This document shows, piece after piece, positions 39,889 through 54,362 of a stretch of 64,000 bases of DNA (positions within the stretch are counted from its first letter, which is position 1; each line of letters starts with the position of its first letter). Source of the DNA: the human T2T-CHM13v2.0 reference genome, Homo sapiens; the NCBI RefSeq assembly GCF_009914755.1, contig NC_060928.1; one strand, 5' to 3'. The position numbers and the translations under genes were made by a program. The notes under the pieces were generated by a model. It saw only the letters and a program-made list of their open reading frames with translations. It did no database searches and was not told the origin of the DNA.

Positions 39889-41537
39889 CAGAGGAGCCTC
39901 TTCCTGTGGCCACTGCCACCACAGTCTCATAAGGAGTACTGCCAGACTACCACTGATGTTCTCTTAAGTTCCAAGGGCTCTTCAGTCAGCTTGTAGTAAA
40001 TTCTGCCTGGCCTTGGACTCATCCTTCAGAGAAGTAAGCTCCCCTCTGGTTCAGGGAGGGTCTAGAAATGCTGTCCAAGATCCAAGTCCTGGAATGGTCT
40101 GAGCTGGTACCTAAGGTGCAAGACAAAGTCTCCCTTACTTTTCCCTCCACTGTTCTTAAGCAGAAGATATGTTGTCCCATAGTCAAGACAGCTGAGAATG
40201 TAGTGAGTCTTACCTGAAGCCAGCAAGTTTCAGAATCACACCCAGGGCCCTTGAGGTACTACCTGGGCATTATTGCTGCTTATTCAGGGTGCAAAGGCTA
40301 TTCAGTTAGGAGGTAATAAATCCTGACAGGGTTGACTCCTTCCCTTCAAGGCAGCAGGTTCCATTCTAGCTCAGGGTGTGTCTAGAAATGTCATCTAGGA
40401 GCTAGGGCCTGGAAAGGGGGCCTCAAACTCTTACTGGTGCCCTATCTCGCTGTGGCTGAGCTTGTATCCAAGATGTAAGGCAAAGTCCTCCCCATTCTTC
40501 CTTCTTCTCTCCTCAAGCATAGGGAAGGTGTCTCTGTCAGAGAAGCGAGCTATGCAGTCTGGGGTTAGGAGAGGGATAATGCCAGCACTCTCTTAGCTGC
40601 CCTGGATGGTGTCTCAGTAGGTTATAAGCTCCCCCAGTCCACTGGCTCTTGGCCCAGTTCAGCACTGGGGCTCACCTATGAGTTGCAGTTTTTGTAGCCT
40701 AGACTGCTTTTCAAGTTTAGTTTGGATCCAGAGCACTTTAGCCAACAATAGCAAGGCTTGTGGGAACTCAAGTTTGGACCTTTGGGACTGGCAATTCCCT
40801 TCTGGCTAGGGCTGGTTTAAGTGTTCCCTCTGTGTTTGAGTGTTAGCTGAGTTTGATCCTGTTTTGTTTTTCGCTATAACAGGGTGGCACTGAGTTCAAT
40901 GCCTGACAATTGCTGTACTCTCCCTCTCCCCAGCACAAAAAAACCACTCTTCTCACCGTGCCACTGTTGCTGGGGAATGGGGGATTCAAGACCGTTGTTG
41001 ATTCAAGACTGATCCTCTGACCTCTTCAGTGCCTCTTTCAGTGATAAAAAGTTAAAACCAGGTACTATGAATTTTGGTTTTTATGAGGTGCATTTATAAA
41101 GATAGTTGTTAAATTGATGTCCTTTATGGAGGGATGATCTGTAGAGCCTTCTATTCCCCTATTCTGTTCCATCCCAACTGATCATCTTTATAGTTACATG
41201 GAAATATGTATTTATTTCACAAAATTTCTGAAAGTTTATTCAAAACAAAAACTAAGAATTTACTATTTTTTAATAAAAAACTGTAATTAAAGTATAAATG
41301 CAGCCTCTAAATAATTAAGAAATGTATAACACAATTATTCATAATCATATTGGTGTTATCTATGATCATAATAGTCCAGTTATAATATTTTCATTTCAAT
41401 TAAATCATTGATAAGAAATTCTTATAACCAGACCGAACTTCTTGAGAAACAACCATGTTTGCTTTCCTTCAAGACCTATCATAGTATCACACTCATAGTT
41501 GGCACTCAATAAATGTTTAGTAGAAAGTAACAGTGCA

Positions 41538-42288
41538 TGTTGATGGGAATGTAAATTAGTACAACCACTATGGAGAACACTGTGGATGTTTCTCAAAAAC
41601 TAAAAATAGTGCTACCATATGATCCAGCAATCCCACTGCTAGGTATATACCCAAAAGAAAGGAAATCAGGATATCAAAGAGATATCTGCACTCCCATAAC
41701 TATTGCTGCACTATTCACAATAGCCAAGATTTAGAAGCAACCTAAGTGTCTATCAACAGATGAATGGATAAAGAAATGTGGTACATATATACAATGGAAT
41801 ATTATCCAGCCATAAAAAGAATGAGATCCTGTCATCTGCAACAACATGGATAGAAGTGGAGGTCATGTCAAGTGAAATAAGCCAAGCACAGAAAGACTAA
41901 GTTCACATTTCTCACTTATTTGTGTGAGTTTAAAATTTAAAATAATTGAACTCATAGAGAGATTGAGTAGAAGGAGGATTACTAGAGTCTGGAAAGGGCA
42001 GTGAGGGGGGTTAATGGGTACAAAAAGTGGTCAGAATGAATGAATAAGATCTATACAGCATATGACTATAGTCAATAATTTAATTGTACATTTAAAAATA
42101 ACTAAAAGGTTTTTTTTCATTGGATTGTTTGTAACACAGGGATAAATGCTCAAAGTAATGGATATGCCAATACCCTGATGGAATTATTACATATTGTATA
42201 CCTGTATCAAAATATCTCATGTACCTCATAAATATACATACCCACTATGTACCTACCAAAATTAAAAAGTAAGTAAATAAGTAAAATA
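41538..42288 (+). mobile_element. L1MA2/3-like 3' end, 5'-truncated
   Basis: GGGAATGTAAATTAGTACAACCACTATGGAGAACA...CTATGTACCTACCAAAATTAAAAA; TSD-like AACAGTG(C/T)A. Confidence 0.85.
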
Positions 42289-43376
42289 AACAGTGTAGAG
42301 AAGAAGAAAAAAATAGACATAAAGAAAAGAGGCATGTAGTGAACATTCGAGTAGCAACCAGAAGGTTTTTATGCCAAATGCCAAGATCAGTAAGATATTA
42401 TATATAGATGGTGTTTGAATCTAATTTACAATTTATTCTGGAAGAAAAGGCCAGTCAGGCAGTAAAACCATAATTTAGTTTTTTTAACATCGTGACAGAA
42501 TTGATGGTCTAGTGAGCCTTTAAAATACTTTTAATAATAAAACTAGTTCTTGGCTTTTCTTTCATTGTATACAATTTTGATTTATTGAGCTGACTTCTAC
42601 AGTTCTAAGTAGAAAACTTTATGAACAGAACTATTGCCTTTGGCATTTATATTCTCTTCTGGTAACAGGTGCTTTTATTTCATTGCAAAAGAACACAGTT
42701 TTCCCTATAAATCAATACAGCATTTTTTCATTCTTTGTTACCATCTCAGCTTCTGGGTTTACTACATTCTATTGGATTATACTCAGCACAGATGCCAAAC
42801 ATTTATAGTATTGGTGAATCAGTTCATAGCATTTTTTTTTCTTAATGAGGTAAATACAGTCCATATTCTGTTTTCAAACTGACAGTGTAAGTAATCTCAC
42901 ATGACTTATCAAAGGCCTTGCATCTTTAACAAGTTTTCAATTTCATTTAAGAGAACCAGATTCTTTTAATATGCTTCTTCATTGACTTAAATTACTATAT
43001 ATCTTTGTGAAACTAATTTATTATTCTTATGAATAAATGAGAGAAATTAATTGAGTATGACATATCTAGTTTAATTGCTTTGGAGACATCTATTCTAGAT
43101 TAATTAAACCATGCTTAACATGTTGTAGTAGTAACTGTGACATTCATGGAAAATTCCTTTATTCTTAGAAACATTAATACTTTGAGCTTTAATCAGAAGA
43201 AATCTTAATACCGAGTGATAGAACTGGGAAATAAAATCTCCAGCCTTATAAGTTAAAGAGCTGTGCTCTTTTATTTTATAATAATAATATATGATATTTA
43301 TTGATGGTAATATGATATATGCCTCTGGGACTTATAAGGCACAATGATGCTTCATATAGCTTATTGGAAAGTATTA

Positions 43377-43675
<299 letters not shown>

Positions 43676-45578
43676 GAAAGTATTGTTTTAACTTACTTCT
43701 AAATAACATTATACTTGGAAAATGCAGTTATTAAAAGAAGAATATATACTTGAGAAAACCACTTTGATTTCACATTTACAATAAAGTGACCTAAAAAAGA
43801 CTTTTGTAATGTAATATATGGTGTCACCATCAGTGACTCTCCCTACTGCTTTCCAATCATTTTCTCTTCATTGTTTATGTAGAAAATAATGATATTGTCT
43901 ATAGCGCACATATGGTAAACTGACAAAGCTACTGCTTGAAGTGGAAGGGGAGGAGCTCTTTTGTTTCCCAAGAAAAACCATACTCAGCATGAATGGGATA
44001 TTCTACTCTCTAAAATACAAACTCAAGTTGAGTATAACTATGTTTTAAGGCAATTCTCCAAAAAACATTATAAGCAAATAATATTTGTTAAGTATATGCA
44101 AAGTATGCATCATTTTCACAGGTCATCTGACTTAAGAGTTTCATTATGGTTTCTTTCTCTTGTTCTCTTACAATTCATATTTCTTTCTATCACTATCTAG
44201 GTCTTCTGATGTTCACTATTTTCCTTACTTTGTATTGTCTCCAGGATTCTCATATTCCTTGAGCTCAGGTGCAGCATTTTGTTTTTATTCATGTAAACCT
44301 TGGCAAAATCGTCTATGGCATACTGCACTATGATTTGTGAAGTTGTATATGTATTAGGCTTATCAAACAGCTGAGATATATAAAAAAATAAGAGATTTTA
44401 ATGATCATGACCCATGACATGTAAATATGTCTATTTCTATTTGATCATCACTCACATACCTATCGATTATCACTTAAATTTACTAAGGTTTTCTAATCGG
44501 TGGAATTCTTTAGCTACTACTAAAACTTGTAGTCTTTAAATAGATTCAAAAGAAAGAGTAGAGACATGAAAAATCCATTTATTATTATTTTAGTGTATTT
44601 TTGAAACTTTAAAAAATAATAATTTTGGGACAAATTTTTATATATATAAAATAATTTTAAAATCCAAAATTTTGCTCAAGGTACTTTATTTTACTTAATA
44701 AATAACTCAAAATTGATTGCCTACAATTTAGTACACAAATTCAGTCTCAAGAGGAATCCCTCAACAATTTTTGCAAGTAAAACTTACCATTTATATTTAG
44801 CCCATATTACTAAGGATATTTAATATTTTTCCTGCAGAAACCGACTTGCAGCTTTTTACACACACGCAGACACACACACACCCCATATACACACACATAA
44901 AATAATTTTTGTATAAAAATAATTGTATGAGGACAGGGAAACATGTATAGTATTGTTTCTTGAAGTATTCTTCAGAGTTGCTCTATAAAACTGTAAAAAA
45001 AATTCATCAATATTGTGAGGCTTGGATAAATTATGGCTAATTCACATCATGACATTTTACACAACCAACAAAAAAGAAGAAAATTTAATCTGACAACTTG
45101 AAGTGATTTTCATGCTTTATATTAAGTAAGTAAAACAAGATACAGTAAATGTGTATAATGTTTTTATTTATGTAAAATTAACTAATGACAAAACAGTCTA
45201 TATAGGTATGTGTGATTATAAAAGATTGAACTAGAATATGGAATAATATTAATATATAATAGGTTGCCCCTGAGGGTTACCAGGTGGAGCAGGAATAAAA
45301 TGAGGGGGAAATTAAGAGGGAAAAGGGGGATAAACTGAACTTTAAAACACATGATTGAAGATAATTGTAAGACAAACTTCAGGCTGGCAGAAAATATTTG
45401 CAAAAGCCATGTATAATACAGGACCATCATACAAAATGTACAAAGAACTTTTTAAAATTTAACAATAAGAAAATGAACAACTTAATTTAAAAATGGACAA
45501 AATAGCTAAACAGTACACTCACCAAAGAAGATCCATAGATGGCAAATAAGTATATGAAAAGATGATCCACATCATATG

Positions 45579-45960
45579 TGCTATGGACTGAATTGTGTCC
45601 CCCCAAAAATTCATATGTTGAAATCCTAACTTCCGATGTTACTGCATTTGGAGAAAGGATCTTTGGGACTGGTGCCTTTAAGGAGATAATTAAGTTAAAT
45701 GAGGTCATAAGAATGAGGCTCTAATCTGATAAAACTGGTTTTCTAATAAGAAAACCAATGTACACAGAGAAAAGCTCATGTGGGGACACAATGAGAAGGC
45801 AGCTGTCTGCAAGTCAGAAAATGGAGCATTACCAAAACTCATCTCTACTGGCATCTTAATCATGGACTTTCAGCCTTCAGACTGTAAGAAAATAAATATC
45901 TGTTGTTTAAGCTACCCAGTCTATGTTATCTTGTTGTGGCAGACCTAGTAGTCTAATACA
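45579..45960 (+). mobile_element. MLT1A0/B solo LTR
   Basis: TGCTATGGACTGAATTGTGTCCCCCCAAAAATTCATATGTTGAA...CTAATACA; TSD ATATG/ATATA. Confidence 0.85.
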
Positions 45961-46637
45961 ATATATCATCAGGAAATTTTAAATTAAAACGATTTTAATT
46001 TTTTAAAAGAGATACCACTATACAACTATCAAAATGGTCAAAATCCAAAACACTGACAACATCAAATGCTGGTGAGGATGTGGAGCAATGGGAGCTCATT
46101 CATTTTTGATGGAAATGTAGAATGGTATAGCCACATTAAAAGATCATTTGGTAGTTTATTTTAAAACTAAATGTGTTGCCATATTCCAGCAATTATACTT
46201 CTTGGTATTTACTCAAATGAGTTGAAGACATATGTCTATATAAAAACCTGCACGCAGTGCTTATAGCAGTTTTATTCATAATTTCCCATATTTGGAAGCA
46301 AGAAGATATCCTTCAGGAGGTAAATGGATAAGTACATTGTAGTAGACACAGAAAATGGAATATCATTCAGTGCTAAAGAGAAATGAGCTATCAAGCCGTG
46401 AAAAGACATGATGGAAACTCAATGGCACTAAGTGAATAAAATGGTTACATACTGTATAATTCCAACTATATGACATAATGGAAAAGGCCAAACTATGGAA
46501 ACAGTAAAATGATCAGTGGTTCCCAGGGTTTGGAGGGAGGGAAGGATGAATAGGTAGTGTGCAGAGGATTTGTTGGGCAATGAACCTATTCAGTATGATA
46601 CTATGATGTTGGATACATGGTCATCATATGTTTGTTA

Positions 46638-46970
<333 letters not shown>

Positions 46971-49199
46971 CTACTGAGTGAACCCTAATGTAAACTATGG
47001 ACTTGGGGTAATAATGATTATAGATTCAGTGACTGTAATAAATATACAATTCTGTTGTGTAATGTTCTCCATGTTTAAGGGCTGGGGGTATTTGAAAATC
47101 TCTAAACTTTCTACTCAATTTTGTTGTGAGCCTCAGAAAATTGCTCTAAAAATAGTGTATTGTAAAAAGAACATTGTTACATTTATGTATTTATTTGCCT
47201 GTTAAATAAAAAAAAAAAGAATCTCTAGTGCTTATGTATGTAGAAGTTACTTTTCCTATACTGGGTCTGCTTCCTACAAATTATTTTTTGTGATGACTAC
47301 TAAGTTATTCCCTTTGTGGCTTAATAAGTTTCCTATTCTTCTCCGCTCTCTCTCTCCCTCTTTTCCTCATTCCTTCTATAAATATATATAAACTATCTCT
47401 ATGTGTAGTTTTTTTCTTCCCACATTTTCAGTTTTCAGTTTTTCAGTAAATAAAAAACACTTGCTTTATTATTTCAGTCAGTGCCTTTACAATGCAATAG
47501 ATTTTGAGTAAAAGATAATAAAAAAGGGATAGAGTAAAAATAATGAAAATTGAATGGGTATAAAATCTCTTCCTTTTTTTAAACAAAATAATTATTTTAA
47601 AACAAACCTGCAGTATTTCATTTATTTTTACATAAATAATTCATTAATAGTCAAATTAAAGTGTGAATACTGTCGTGTGTAAGCATTTTGTGAAAAATAA
47701 TCTGTTTACTCACCTAATTGTATGGTTTGTATTTATTCTTTTTAAAAACACTAAAGACTGGTAGTTACTCATACTAGAGTGTTCTTTCTTAAAATGCCTT
47801 TTACTTACATTCAGTTTTATATAGTTGAGTTTATTATTACATAGGAAAATGTGCAGCATGGTAAGTAGTGTAAAAGAGATATTAATTGCTTCTAACTGGA
47901 TCTGATAGAGAGATGATCTAATAGCAATGAAGTATTTAAAGAGATTGAGTTTGGGGCCCAATCTCAGGGTCACTGAAGACTGGGAGAATGTCAGGATCAT
48001 TCATGTATTGTAATAGACTTATTTTCTGTTTTTCCTGTGTGTGTGTATGTATATATATATTAGCAATAACTTTTGAAAAAATACAGGCTCTGTATCTACT
48101 GGTTTTGGAACAAGTAGGCTTTTGTGGATTCTGGAAATCTAAGACAAATTGAGAAAAATCAGACAAAGAATAGAAGTGAGAATAGGGAGGAAGCAAAATG
48201 TTCTATGGATGTTGGCACTTGGAGGGAGAAGGCTGTGTTGCATAGACCAGGTGTGCATTGTGCTCAAGATGAGCAGGTGGAGGATGATATCCTGGAAATC
48301 AGGTAACAGGTATAGGGACCAAGAAATAACCCAGGGAAAAAAAGGTGGGAGACCCAGTTCCATAAGGAGCAGGATATTCCTATTGGAAACAGAAGCCAGA
48401 AAAAGATTGGGCCAAACACTATGCCTATGCTACTAGAAATAGTAACACTGGGAATTATTGTTCCAGTGTTTCTTAGATACTGCTCTGTCTGCCTCTTTCA
48501 CATTTATCTGTTCTTTCTAGCCAGCTATAGAGTTTCTCTAGAATCCCAAATGGACTGGGAAGTCAGACCTGGCAGCTTCCATTCCTCTACCACTATCCTA
48601 AACTCCCACCCTCCAAGAGATGTCAGGAACATAAAAACATGAAACCTGATGCTGCCTGTGCAAGTTAAGTTCTGATTTCTGAATTTAGAGTGATAATGAA
48701 ATGTTCCTGATGACCGTGATGATGATGAATAAGAAAAGAACAAACAAGACAAAATCTTAATGTTGGAAGGCTACTTGAAGTTAAAATTGTTTGTACAACT
48801 TCTGACTCTATTTGTTACATCCTAAGAGACAGCATTTGGCTGAACAAGGTTTATGGAATGTGTTAGTGAAGGAATATGCTATAGGGATAAGCTCATTTCC
48901 TGTCAATCAGGATGTGGCTTCTATTTCACTTGGAATTTATTGCTTTAGCATTATTCTAGAGCATCTTAAAAAGATCATGTATTTTTGTTTTTTTGTTTTG
49001 TTTTGTTTTTATATAAAACAGGGACAACATATACAACAACCCTAAAGGATGTTATCAAGAATCTGTCAACATTTAACTTATTTCAGTTTAGTGCAGATGA
49101 ATTTTTTTTTTTTTTTTATGGAGGTCAAGTCTATTTACATCCTCTATCAACTGGTACTAGGTCTCTTTTTGAGAGTTATAAATAAATAATATATATATT

Positions 49200-49340
49200 T
49201 TTATTATTATTTATATATATTAATATATAAAACATATAAATAAATATAAATGATACCCTTTGCATATTTTTATTATATATATAAATAATATATATAAAAA
49301 TATATAAATAAATATAAATGATACCCTTTTGCATATTTTA
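49200..49340. repeat. AT-rich tandem duplication of about 68 bp
   Basis: ATATAAATAAATATAAATGATACCCTTT(T)GCATATTTT occurs twice. Confidence 0.85.
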
Positions 49341-50585
49341 AACTTTCTTCCTATCATCCCTGCTATAAAACATACTGATCTTTAGTGTTTTTATGCTCCA
49401 ATTCTGCTGCACACACACACATACATGCCCTTATTTACATGTGTGTTCCTTTCCAATCTAAGCATGGCAGAGGCTACCAACTATCCACTGGATTGTTCAA
49501 CTGGAATAATATCAAGCTTATAGTCAACTAAGGCTCTGCCTCTGTTCTCCTTCTCCAGTTTTGCCTTTAAATAAACAAAGTTTTTCTCAACTAGATATAC
49601 CATCTCTTTTGAGATGTGCCTGAACAAGCTGTTGTAAGCCTTACCTTATTTCACTTTATGACATTCTTGATTCTATTAATCAGTTACCTGGTGTTTAATT
49701 CTCCTGCTACAACACTAAGTATATAAAATGTCTCTTAGTCATAGATTTTATTTTCCCTTCCAGCTTGACCCTGAGTCTCTTTCCTGGCAAAACCAATTTG
49801 CTTGACTTAAAAAAAATGAAGTGTAGCTGGGTCCCTTATACTGTTTAAGTTTGAAAGATGTGTTCCCAAATTGTGGCAGAGGGATCCTATTGGTGATAAC
49901 AGAATCCAAGTAGCTAGGAATTGTTTTTAAGTAAAATATTTCTTATGCTTTAGTGGAACATATGATGCTATGATGTGCCTCCAGAAAGAAGAACATAATA
50001 TCATCCTAAAGTAGTCTTGAAATAAACAAACAAACAAACAATTCTTATTAAGCCTGTAGACCTGAATAGCAATAGAAAGGTAACACAGGGAGAAGAAACA
50101 GTGTATTGCGTGAAATTCAGCTAGTTAAAAACTCGAACGGAAAAACAAATAAATTGCAAGACAAAAGATATGGGCCAAAAATCTACACATTAAAAGCTGA
50201 AACACATTTACTGCACTTAAATTTGAAAATTTAAACAATGATTACGTATTTTATATTAAGAAATAATTTTTATTTTTGGTAATGGCATTGTGGTTACATT
50301 TTTAAAAAGAGTTCTTAACTTTTAGAAATCATAATTAAATATTTCAGATAAAAATATATGATTTCTGGGATTGACTTCAAAATAATCCATGAAGGGAGAA
50401 TAGTGTGGGTAGAGATGGAGCAAGATCAAAAGTGAATTGACAATTGTTAAAGTTATTTGATGAGTATATGGTAGTTCGTTACATTATTCAGTGTAATATT
50501 AAGTTGGTCTTTCATATAATAAAAATTACATAAATGTAAGATGTTTTTAAAAGACTCTTTTTGGATAAATATAAAAGCATGCATG

Positions 50586-50587
<2 letters not shown>

Positions 50588-50623
<36 letters not shown>
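50588..50623. repeat. (CA)n microsatellite
   Basis: Directly visible. Confidence 0.95.
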
Positions 50624-50629
<6 letters not shown>

Positions 50630-53600
50630 TAGGGATCACACAAGAAACTGGTTTTTTTGACTTTGAGTTATAAAGTACACTATTTCTACTTCTGAAGGAT
50701 TCAAGCAATATTTGGAGAAAATTATTCTGAAAATAAAATGCAGTACTAGAGTTCTAGAACAAGTGCCGGAAAGTATAAAGTATGAGTTACATAAGGTCAC
50801 TGTCTCTGACAAATTTATAATATAATGAAGGGGGCAGATAGCAGACATCCACAAAATAATGTGATTAGTGTTCTAATTAATGCAAATTAATTATGTGATG
50901 GAAACCAAAGAAAAATCATGTCCTATTCTGTCCAGTTGGATAGAGTATGAGATACATGGAGGAAAAGGTGAACCAAGAGGACAACAAAGTGAATTGACAC
51001 TCGATTTTGAAAAATTTTGAATGAAGTGCCAAAAAATTTTGAATAATATAGGGAAGTCTGAATTCTATATTAGCAAATTATGTTAAAATTTGAATAAGCA
51101 AATTCCCTGAAAAATAATGTTAAAACTCATTTTTCTGGTGATATTGGTGGGCATTAATAGGAAAAGGAAGGATTTCGTTACCGGAGACTTGGTTGGAAGG
51201 CTAGTCCAAATACACAAACATGCATGCGTGCACACACACATACGATATAAATGTATTATTACTGGATTTTTACTTTTGGCCCTGGTATAGTGCTAGACAT
51301 AGTAACAATTAAATAATGCATGTCTACTAGAAATTGGAAGGATAAGATCAACACCACTCTGTTGAAACTTCTCTGTGGAGTAATGAATTTGAAATTGAGA
51401 ATTTTGATTTGTATATTACTGTAATCATACTACTGAGATTTGACAAATACGTGTCTTGAGTACTTTTCTGTGTGATTAAAATAAGGATACATAGAAACAC
51501 TCTGTATGTTGTGAAATTGTAATTAATATTTTGCCAAATAAATCTCAAATGTTCTTTTTTAAACTAATAAGTAGTTTCATTTTATAAGAAAAATTCTCTT
51601 TAAGAAGAATTATTAGTTATCAATATTAGTTGAGTACAAGATAAGTCCCAGAAGCACAGATATTCCAAATTTCAGTGGTCACGCAAGATGAAAGTTTATT
51701 TCTCTCTTAGGTAACAAGTCAGTGGTCAGCAGACATCCGGGGCTGGTAGGTGGCTCTGTCATCCTTTTTACATGGTAAATGTGAGACTCAACATGGCTGT
51801 TCTACTTCTGGCATCTCCACATTAGTGAAAAGGGGTAAGAAACTTGCGGAGTGATGCCTAGTTGTTTCAGAACAGGACCTGGAAGTGATGTATATATTTT
51901 TAACTCATGTTCTCCCTCTTCCTAAAATGCAAATAGTGCTTATCATCTACCAGGCATAATTTTAAGCCTTTACAAGATTTTACAGATAAAAACAGGAAGC
52001 ATGCAGCATGTGAGTGGCCATAACTAGTAGCAAAAAAAAAAAAAAAAGTTAGGAAATGTACCCGTTAGTTTGGTGAACACCTGCTCATCTGAAATTCTTA
52101 CTATAAAAGGAGAGAAGAATGAATATTGAGGAATCACTAGGAGTTCACTACATGGACTAAAACAATTTTATATGAAAAAACAAGTGAATAATGAGGTTGA
52201 CAAAATGCCTTATTATAGTACTTAAATAAATAAAATAGAGCACCTGGTATGTGTAGTGATGGTTTACAAAATTTCTTTCTATTATTTTCTAAATTTAATC
52301 CTGGAATGTTCTATTGCATAAATAGATTATAGTTCATTGGAGCACAAAAATGGAGAAAAATAAATGGGGGACAACTATTTTTTCTCTAATACTAATTTTT
52401 CACTTTTTAAGATAAATCTAAATAACTCAATTCAATTCCCTTAAAATATTCATGCGTATTCAATTTCTTTCTCAAAATATTTTGAAAGAATCAAAATATA
52501 ACAAAGCATATATTTTTCCTGTTTTAGGATTCAGCCAAATTCAGTGTCATGAGTTATTATAAAAACAGTCTTAAAGAAAAGTGCTCAAATGGTATTGTCA
52601 AATTTAAGAGTATAAAATAAAAATATCTCGGCTGAAATGAATGTAAATGTATATGGACTTTAAAATTAAAAAAACAATTAAAAGGCTTGCTTATAGTATA
52701 CATTCTAGGAACTAAACTGCAAAACTCGTTTGATTGACTATGTCTGTGGCTTCAAAGCAGATAGACCAAGAGAAGGAAAAGAGAACTATCAAATTGCAAA
52801 TAACTGCCAACTTTACAGCAGTGTCTATGAGAGGTTCTTTCTTAATTACCACCGCCTGTCCTGACATTGGGTGTACAAATTACTCAATATGTTAAACCAC
52901 TCCTGCCTTTCAGCTAAATAGATATGAAACACATAGAAATGGAAACAAAGGCAGACTTTGAACTTTTGATACTTCATGTGAACCTCCATTTTAAATATAC
53001 ATTTCTCAGCTGTTAGTTCTCACTTCAGTTTCAGAACAATGTTTTTGACCTAACCTTCCTACCAAATCCTGTTATATGAAGCAAGTAAGTGTATTCCCCC
53101 TCGGGATCCTTGAAAAATGACTTAATTTGACAAAGAAATAATCTCTCTCTCTCACTCTCTCTTTTTTTTTTTTTTTTTGACTATGGGCCAATGTCAAACC
53201 TGAAAAATGATACTGTACCCTTCCCAAAGCTAAATAACTGGAAAAGAGCTACTAAATAAACTACTTAGAGACATGCTAACATTGTTTTATGGTACTTTTG
53301 GCTGTCTAATTAGGTAGGTACAGTAAATCCTAGTGTGCAATATCAGCAACTATAATAATATAGATGTCTATTTTGGTTCACAAAATTAAGAAAAATTTGT
53401 TAATGCATCAAAAGTTGAATTTAGAATGTAACATAAATCTCAAATCAGTCTGGCATGTCTTGGCAAATAAAAATTATAAAATATAAAAAGCAAAATTGCT
53501 TTAATCAAAGTATTTGGATTTTTACTAGTATTTATTGTACAGTTTTTCTTTTTGCTATAACTAAAACAAATGTTTGTTATAGTCCATCTTCTTTTCAGAT

Positions 53601-53980
53601 TCTAACTCATAAGAAAATAATTCTCCAGTTTTTATTTGTTTATTTCTCTTGGTAAGGAACATCACAAACAATTGATTTATATATTCAATTGACAGTACAT
53701 ACACATATATTTTTCCAGGAAGTTGACTTGGAGGTGAGGGGTAATGGTAGAGGAATGTTTTGTATTTGATCTATTTTCTGCTTATATACTGACATCAGAA
53801 TTCATTTCCTTTTATATTATCTATTCACATCTCACCTTTGATTATTTTCACTGGAGATTAAAAAATGCCAATATCCAATGGGGGAAAGTCCTAAAACTAA
53901 CTCAAACTGTAATGTACTGGATTTTTGTTTTTGCTTTTAATTGAATGCTACAAATCTTTATAGGTCATAAGCCCGTTTCA

Positions 53981-54362
<382 letters not shown>

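Noticed and set aside
41177-42288. Plus-strand L1MA 3' end as the inverted missing tail of the adjacent minus-strand L1MA
   Set aside because: It is separated by about 360 bp of unrelated sequence and has its own TSD-like flanks, so an independent insertion is simpler.
47700-48000. Possible minus-strand exon ending at an AG|GTGAGT donor near 47713
   Set aside because: A splice-like motif alone is insufficient; no convincing coding frame or partner exons can be identified.
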